From NCBI GenBank assembly GCA_041665025.1, contig JBAYJP010000001.1, forward strand, positions 16,207-80,206: DNA of 64,000 bases, in the 5' to 3' direction. Shown here piece after piece: positions 58,344-64,000 of the stretch (its first letter is position 1; each line of letters starts with the position of its first letter). The notes beneath the pieces were generated by a model. That model was not told the origin of the DNA and searched no databases. It was given only the letters and a program-made list of their open reading frames with translations. The translations under genes were made by a program, and so were the position numbers. The stretch is from Candidatus Magasanikiibacteriota bacterium (GTDB taxonomy: Bacteria; Patescibacteriota; Patescibacteriia; Magasanikbacterales; UBA922).

Positions 58344-60045
58344 TAAATGCAAAATGAAAAATGCAAAATGCAAAATTTTCCTTATATTATTAATTACTTT
58401 GGCTGCTATATCTACACCGGTGTATGCCGAAGATGTTACAGAAGAAAATTTAGATGAACAAATTGATGAAACTCCAATAATATTAGAAGAAACACCATCT
58501 ACTCTGCCAGAAGAAGAACAGCCGACTGAAATACCTGAACCAACACTTGATCCGGAACCAAATCTAGAGCCAGAAGTAGAAGAAACGCTAGAACTCACTC
58601 CACCGGTTGAGGAAACTCCTCAAATAATCATGGAGACTATAAGCCAAAGCCAGATACAGAAAGCCGTAGATAAACTTTTAACATATCTAGAATCAGAGCA
58701 ATCCGAAGATGGAAAAATAATGGATGGTACCATTACTGATTGGTCAATACTTTCTTTTGGCGCCAATGAACAATACGCAGATGACATAAAAAATGGCACG
58801 TCCTCTCTTTTGGATTACGAAAAAAAATATAATTTGGATGATCCAAGCGATTTAAATTCATGTGCAACCTATCCGCGCCATATCCTTGCATTACTTGCTG
58901 CAGGTGTAGAGCAGACAGATTTCGCGATTATAGGCCTCAAAGAAAAAATGAATACCGTTTGTTATGCACATGGCATGTATGGATTACATGGGATTAATGA
59001 TGATGTATTTGCTTTACTTGCACTTTCTGCGCTTGATACAAGCCAGTCAGAGCCAATTATACAAGATATTGTCTCTACCACGCTGTCATGGCAAATAGAC
59101 AACGGTGCTTTTTCCTGGCCCGACTGGATGGACCCAAATCAGAAAGTCGCTGGGGATGATATTACTGGTGCGACCATAAATGCATTGACATATGCGAAGT
59201 CAAAAGGAGCTGTAATTTCTGATGACGTATTTTCCCAAGCAAAAAACTATTTGAAGACAACTCAACAAATGGACGGCGGATGGGGCTATGGATCGTCTGA
59301 TATTATGACTACAAGCTGGGTGCTTATGGGTATCAACTCGATGCAAGAAACTCAGCAAGATTGGTTTGTGACGTCTACAGGTAAAAACCCATGGCATCCA
59401 TTAGTAAATAATGTAAAAACAGATGGATTTTATGAATCTGCCTGGACGCCTGGTACGGTAGATTGGTTTGCCATGAAACACGCGGTTCCGGCACTGCTTC
59501 AAAAATCTTGGCCAATCATTTTGACTCCAAAAATAACTGACTTTTCTAAAGACACGACATTTACGTATGGTGGCGGAGGAGGTATTTCTCCAACTCCAAC
59601 TTCAGTGCCTACCACAACTATTGATATAGCTACAACAACCCTGCAAATTCTAGAAATAATCATACCCACCTCTACTCCAACATCAACAGTGAAAATTATA
59701 GAAACTCCGACAAGTACACCAACCACGACAATTGAAATACTGACAGAGCACACTGAAAAAATATCCAAAGAAATTGTGGTCCCCAACATAGAGCCTAAAA
59801 TCAAACCCGCATCAGTTCTTGGAACACGTGTTGTGGAACCAAAGAAGGATGAGCTAGCGCAAATTGACAAGGAAAAAAATACCAATACACCAGTAATTGA
59901 TGAAAATATTTTGGATGAAAAAATCCAGGCTGAAAATACCAGCCAAAGCCCTTTTTCAAACAAAAAAATGATACTTGGAGCTGGCATACCGCTCGGTGGG
60001 CTCTTGGTATATCTTGGTTTGAAATTCTCAAAGATAATGGTATAA
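58336..60045 (+). CDS. Surface-anchored protein with prenyltransferase/terpene-cyclase-like alpha-alpha toroid repeats, acidic and T/P-rich linkers, C-terminal TM anchor
   Basis: Signal peptide, QMDGGWGYGSSD-type repeats, TPTSTPTTT linkers, C-terminal hydrophobic helix. The first ~40 nt are an ATGCAAA-type heptamer repeat with ATGs in several frames, and the likely start is 58354 (MKNAKCKIFL...). Confidence 0.55.
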   Translation: MNNKCKMKNAKCKIFLILLITLAAISTPVYAEDVTEENLDEQIDETPIILEETPSTLPEEEQPTEIPEPTLDPEPNLEPEVEETLELTPPVEETPQIIMETISQSQIQKAVDKLLTYLESEQSEDGKIMDGTITDWSILSFGANEQYADDIKNGTSSLLDYEKKYNLDDPSDLNSCATYPRHILALLAAGVEQTDFAIIGLKEKMNTVCYAHGMYGLHGINDDVFALLALSALDTSQSEPIIQDIVSTTLSWQIDNGAFSWPDWMDPNQKVAGDDITGATINALTYAKSKGAVISDDVFSQAKNYLKTTQQMDGGWGYGSSDIMTTSWVLMGINSMQETQQDWFVTSTGKNPWHPLVNNVKTDGFYESAWTPGTVDWFAMKHAVPALLQKSWPIILTPKITDFSKDTTFTYGGGGGISPTPTSVPTTTIDIATTTLQILEIIIPTSTPTSTVKIIETPTSTPTTTIEILTEHTEKISKEIVVPNIEPKIKPASVLGTRVVEPKKDELAQIDKEKNTNTPVIDENILDEKIQAENTSQSPFSNKKMILGAGIPLGGLLVYLGLKFSKIMV

Positions 60046-60169
60046 TGAAGTTGTAAAGTTCAAAGTTATAACGTTATAAAGTTTTGGAAAACCAATGCCA
60101 ACTCCAAAATTATTAACTTATAGCTCTATAACTTTACAACTTGGAACATTATAACTTTCAACTAAAACT

Positions 60170-60562
60170 ATGCTTAAACATAAAATTTCATCTCTAAGTT
60201 TAATCATTATAGCGGTTAGTTTATTTATCACCGGTTGTGGCAATAGTCTTGTCAAAGGTGACAAAGAATACACCTACACACTCAATGTAAAAAAATCACC
60301 AACAAATGTCACTGCCATGGAATTAACCTCAACCGCAAAGGAGATGTCGCTTGGGTCAGCCATAACTGAATTAAAAAACTCAGGACAGCAGATCGCCTTG
60401 GCTGATGAAACAACCGAATACATGCGCGTGACAGAGATGCTCGGGGTCATCAATACCCAAGGCAAGCAATGGCATGCATATGTGAATAATACTAAAATTG
60501 AAGATACTAATTTGGGAGTTGCTATTAAACCAGACGATAATATTGAATGGAAATATGAGTAA
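60170..60562 (+). CDS. DUF4430-domain lipoprotein, paralog 2
   Basis: Lipobox ITGCG, same C-terminal ...NIEWKYE ending and pattern as 57837-58343. Confidence 0.55.
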   Translation: MLKHKISSLSLIIIAVSLFITGCGNSLVKGDKEYTYTLNVKKSPTNVTAMELTSTAKEMSLGSAITELKNSGQQIALADETTEYMRVTEMLGVINTQGKQWHAYVNNTKIEDTNLGVAIKPDDNIEWKYE

Positions 60563-61118
60563 ATCATCACGTATCACATATCACGTAACACATAACAAAC
60601 ATACATTATTTATTTTGATGTTAATTGTTGTTGGAATAAGTGCACGACTTTTGCCACATCCAGCGAATTTTAGCCCCGTGGCAGCTTTAGCGATATTTGG
60701 GTCATTGTACTTGCCACGAAAATGGGCGCTTGTACTGCCTTTGTCTACCATGTTTTTGAGTGATAGTATTATTGGATTTTACTCATGGCAAATCATGGCA
60801 AGTGTATACGCATCTTTTATTGCTACAGGCCTCCTCGCACTCTGGGCACGAAAACACAAGACATTTAGAACAGTCTTAGGTACAACGATTTTTGGATCAA
60901 TTATATTTTTTCTCGCCACAAATGCGGCAGTATGGGCATTTGGAACTATGTACGTACAGAATTTCTCCGGACTTTTACAAAGCTATTACATGGCACTCCC
61001 CTTTTTCCGCAACAGTTTATTAGGCGATTTATTTTTTGTGGGTATGTTGGTTGGTTTGGCTGAATTTATTTTACAAAAATCTAAAACCTACTCACTAACT
61101 AAACTATATGAGCGATAA
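60555..61118 (+). CDS. Small polytopic membrane protein, candidate ECF-type substrate-capture (S) component
   Basis: ~170 aa, 5-6 TM. Start overlaps the DUF4430 stop (ATGAGTAA), suggesting translational coupling. Confidence 0.35.
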   Translation: MSKSSRITYHVTHNKHTLFILMLIVVGISARLLPHPANFSPVAALAIFGSLYLPRKWALVLPLSTMFLSDSIIGFYSWQIMASVYASFIATGLLALWARKHKTFRTVLGTTIFGSIIFFLATNAAVWAFGTMYVQNFSGLLQSYYMALPFFRNSLLGDLFFVGMLVGLAEFILQKSKTYSLTKLYER

Positions 61119-61305
61119 AATGTATACAGCTGATTCTCTTCCTGCTCACATTATTGATGATATGCAAAGAAGACAAAAAGAAAGATGGGACAGACACCGA
61201 CAACAGCCATCTGTTGATGATGCCCCTCCACCTGGTTACGAACCTGAGGAGGAAAGAAGAGATGGAGGACAACCACGTGGACCAACAGAAATAGACATGA
61301 CCTAA
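61108..61305 (+). CDS. Small charged Pro-rich hypothetical protein
   Basis: ORF between genes, followed by the terminator at 61317-61345. Confidence 0.25.
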   Translation: MSDKMYTADSLPAHIIDDMQRRQKERWDRHRQQPSVDDAPPPGYEPEEERRDGGQPRGPTEIDMT

Positions 61306-61316
61306 AAAATTATAAT

Positions 61317-61345
61317 AAAACCACCCTATCAAGGTGGTTTTTACT
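61317..61345. terminator. Bidirectional rho-independent terminator
   Basis: AAACCACC-ctatcaa-GGTGGTTTTT. Confidence 0.6.
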
Positions 61346-61356
61346 ATGAACTCAAA

Positions 61357-62781
61357 TTATCCAAACTTCTCAAACTCAATCTCCTCGCCTGTATCAGTCT
61401 TAAACTTCGGCGCTGTATCCACTTCTTCAGTTGGTGCAAAAGTAGGTGCATCATATATAGCTTCCACAGGCAATCCCGCAGGGGGTTCGGCAGATTTGAC
61501 TGCAGCTTTTTGGATCATAGGCGTCTTCACATGAGACATGGGGAAATGCCAAATAGTTGCAAGCTCTTCAATATTCAAGACATATGGATTTGCGCCAATT
61601 TTGATCTTGCGTTTTTTGTATGCTTTCATAAGTACACTCTTTCTTCTGTTTGCTTTCACCACATTGCGGAGCCCTGTATGCACTTTCTTTACAATTGAAT
61701 TTGCGCTTGGAATATTGAACTGATTAATAGCACCAATAAGCGCATTTACACCGCGGGTCGGACTGAACACTTCCTTTCTTCCAATATATATACCACGAAT
61801 TTTTGTTTTAAATCCAATTTTTGCCATTTTTTCTTCCATAAGTTCAACCACTTTTACCTGGCCGGGCGTCATATATCTCAGTTTGTTTGGATCTTTTTTT
61901 ACCTCATGAGCTTCTTCTGCTTCAAAATTACCCCCACTCAGTATCTGAGCATTGACTTCACTCAGACCCTTTTTAAGCTCATTCATAAGTGGGTTATCCA
62001 AAATATGACCCATAATACCCTTTCCGTGTTTTTCTTCTTCTCCTATTAGTTCTTTCACTTGTTTAATTGCCTTTTCTTTCCAATGATTGTTTACCGGTTC
62101 AACAATAATTTGAAGCCACATCTGTTCTCCATGCCCAATGCGCGTGAAACTTTCTAGTAGCGTCCCCATTGGATCTTTCAAGACCGTATCCTTTGAAATA
62201 TTATGCTCAAATTCACGGTATGAACGTATAGGAAATGCATCATTCTCTGCCAAAGCAAAATCCGCTGCCCAGATATCATAATCATCATTCGGAAATGAGT
62301 CTGGCACAGTAGAGACATAATCTTCTATTTCTACTATTTCGGCTTCTGGGTACTGTGCATAAATAGTTGTCTCAATAAGATCACGGAATGCTACCTCTGT
62401 CCACACAATAAATTGTATATACCCGCCAATGCTTACAATCTCAAAACTAAAACAACGCTGTTTGAATCCATCTCTAAATTTCTCACGCAAATCAGGATTA
62501 TTGAGAGACCCTGCCAAATGCGCAAACATTTGTTCAACTGCTTTAGGCGTTTGCACATTGAGTTGGGGAATATCTATCGCAAGCACGACATATTTCCAAT
62601 CATGCATAAATTTATTTTCCCGTAATTTCGCATACAGATTAATCCCTGCGTAAAACAACAGATAAACCAAAACAAGCCACCCGCCAATAGCAAATACTCG
62701 AATAACAATCTCAAACGCTGTTGACTGCTCAAGAAATGCGATAATAAGTGCCACGTCAATTGTGAATGCGCCAAACTGCAT
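61357..62781 (-). CDS. Hypothetical membrane-anchored protein (474 aa)
   Basis: Two N-terminal TM helices, large soluble domain with no recognised motif. Confidence 0.5.
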   Translation of the reverse strand: MQFGAFTIDVALIIAFLEQSTAFEIVIRVFAIGGWLVLVYLLFYAGINLYAKLRENKFMHDWKYVVLAIDIPQLNVQTPKAVEQMFAHLAGSLNNPDLREKFRDGFKQRCFSFEIVSIGGYIQFIVWTEVAFRDLIETTIYAQYPEAEIVEIEDYVSTVPDSFPNDDYDIWAADFALAENDAFPIRSYREFEHNISKDTVLKDPMGTLLESFTRIGHGEQMWLQIIVEPVNNHWKEKAIKQVKELIGEEEKHGKGIMGHILDNPLMNELKKGLSEVNAQILSGGNFEAEEAHEVKKDPNKLRYMTPGQVKVVELMEEKMAKIGFKTKIRGIYIGRKEVFSPTRGVNALIGAINQFNIPSANSIVKKVHTGLRNVVKANRRKSVLMKAYKKRKIKIGANPYVLNIEELATIWHFPMSHVKTPMIQKAAVKSAEPPAGLPVEAIYDAPTFAPTEEVDTAPKFKTDTGEEIEFEKFG

Positions 62782-63198
62782 ATATAGTAGTCAATTTGAA
62801 AGACAAAAATTTTTTATAATGTACGAAATACGAAAGCTACGAAATATACAAAACTTCATTAAATTATTTCGAATTTTCGAAGTTTTCGTATTTCGTATAT
62901 GCTCTTTAGACATCGACCAATTTGAAAATAATCGGGTACAGCACAAGCACGCCCAAAAATGTCCACCACCAGCCAATAGTTCCTGAAACAAAACCTGCAA
63001 AATAAACAACAGCCAAAATAAGTACCGCAATGACGGTAACTAAATGGCGAATGACGGAATCGCTCATAAAATTAGTTCTTAGTTCTTAGTTCACAGCCAA
63101 TAGGTCATATTTTCTATTGGCTAAGAACTATTGGCTATGAACTTAATTATAGCACAAAACAAAAAAGCCCCCAAGGGGGCATATGATGTATAAGAGGA

Positions 63199-64000
63199 TT
63201 AATGGCGAGATGTGATTTTCTGCCATGTAACCAGAAATGGACTCGCCACAAATATAGAAGAATATGCGCCAAGGAAAATACCAATCCACAACGCGAGAGA
63301 AAAATATTTGATTGTCTCCCCACCCAAAAAGAATAGTGTCGCAAGTGGGAAAAGAGTGGTCAATGTCGTATTCAATGAGCGTGCCATAGTTTCGTTAACC
63401 GCGTAATTAACCGTTTCATCAAAATGTTCTGTACTTCTACGGATAAGATTTTCTCTAACACGATCAAATACAACAATAGTATCATTGACTGAATAACCAA
63501 GAATAGTAAGCAACGCAACCACAAACGCTACATCGACTTCTACACCCATAAATTTTCCCAGAAAGGCAAAAACACCGGCGGTAATAGTGACATCATGCAT
63601 AAGAGCAACAACGGCAACCACGCCGTACTTCCACGAAGCAACCGGTTTTGATACTTTCCTAAATGCATAAGCTATAAACAATATGATTGCCACACAGACC
63701 ACAATAATAGCGGTGACTGAACGTTGTTTTAGTTCTGCACTAACCGAAGGACCAATAGTTTCAAATCTTTGTTCAAGAACTTTTTGATCACCTTTTTCAT
63801 AACTCGTACGCAATAGATCAAGTAAATTTTGGTGTTCATCCTCAGTCAAAAAACGAGTTTTGACAATCATGTTGGTGTCTCCCGATGTCTGTACTACTGC
63901 ATTACCAAATGCAGACTCTACAGAACCACGAACTTCAGGAACTGCAGGACGCTCAGTAGTAAAAGAAACTTCCAAAACTGAACCTCCAGTAAAATCCATG
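63199..64000 (-). CDS. secF: Protein-export membrane protein SecF (or SecDF C-terminal half); 5' end beyond window
   Basis: TIVVFDRVRENL and SecD/F 6-TM pattern; ORF is open at the window end. Confidence 0.8.
   Translation of the reverse strand, partial: MDFTGGSVLEVSFTTERPAVPEVRGSVESAFGNAVVQTSGDTNMIVKTRFLTEDEHQNLLDLLRTSYEKGDQKVLEQRFETIGPSVSAELKQRSVTAIIVVCVAIILFIAYAFRKVSKPVASWKYGVVAVVALMHDVTITAGVFAFLGKFMGVEVDVAFVVALLTILGYSVNDTIVVFDRVRENLIRRSTEHFDETVNYAVNETMARSLNTTLTTLFPLATLFFLGGETIKYFSLALWIGIFLGAYSSIFVASPFLVTWQKITSRH

Noticed and set aside
62762-63030. ORFs 62762-62986 (+) and 62791-63030 (-)
   Set aside because: Both run through the heptamer/palindromic repeat block and have implausible compositions. 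They are treated as non-coding structured DNA.
1-64000. rRNA genes or additional canonical (uninterrupted) tRNA genes
   Set aside because: No cloverleaf-compatible stretches with T-loop GTTCGAAT/GTTCAAAT and matching acceptor arms were seen other than the split tRNA-Asn, and no rRNA-like conserved blocks were seen. A tRNAscan/Infernal run should confirm.

Overview
The window is from a low-GC (~35-38%), compact bacterial chromosome; the gene content suggests a Gram-positive-like or Patescibacteria/CPR-like organism. Genes are tightly packed on both strands. The first ~47 kb is mostly housekeeping: a PBP transpeptidase (partial), greA, lysS with a fused C-terminal HD domain, a TagD-like cytidylyltransferase, a Ham1-NUDIX fusion, serS, a cell-envelope cluster (membrane-anchored MurF-like ligase, DegT aminotransferase, two FemAB paralogs, FtsQ-like), an M23 peptidase, gltX, a TrmH methylase, a TagA-like glycosyltransferase, LigT, CIRCE-controlled clpB, an iscR-nifS-nifU-sufT-ferredoxin operon, bipA, a MacAB-like efflux operon next to an ECF sigma/anti-sigma pair, arfB, a second Gre factor, a zur-zupT operon, a CNNM transporter, an ABC-F ATPase, folD, a GT2 glycosyltransferase and dusB. 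The main non-routine signals are listed below in order of interest. (1) A tyrosine recombinase gene (47214-48035, minus) sits divergently upstream of about ten same-strand small genes (48303-57555). These are separated by a family of imperfect palindromic intergenic repeats with AAC...GTT ends and bulged bases, an integron/attC-like layout. The cargo includes a tandem-rhodanese protein, an RPH-like PEP-utilising phosphotransferase, an APH-like kinase-fold protein and an amidase_2. (2) A tRNA-Asn(GUU) gene is split in the anticodon loop by a ~560-nt group I intron (Q/R/S core motifs visible) that encodes an HNH homing endonuclease. (3) A candidate cobalamin riboswitch with terminator lies upstream of a split transcobalamin-like module: two DUF4430 lipoproteins, a prenyltransferase-repeat surface protein and a small membrane protein. 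(4) A ~400-bp GC-rich foreign-looking island (18200-18610) carries a strong-SD small ORF and a terminator. (5) Heptanucleotide tandem repeats of 3-4 copies recur inside CDSs and at one start codon. (6) There is a MITE-like element with 18-bp terminal inverted repeats. (7) There is a pair of ~85-bp near-identical inverted repeats 7.6 kb apart. No rRNA or CRISPR array was seen. Coordinates of starts are judged by eye, and alternative starts are noted where relevant.
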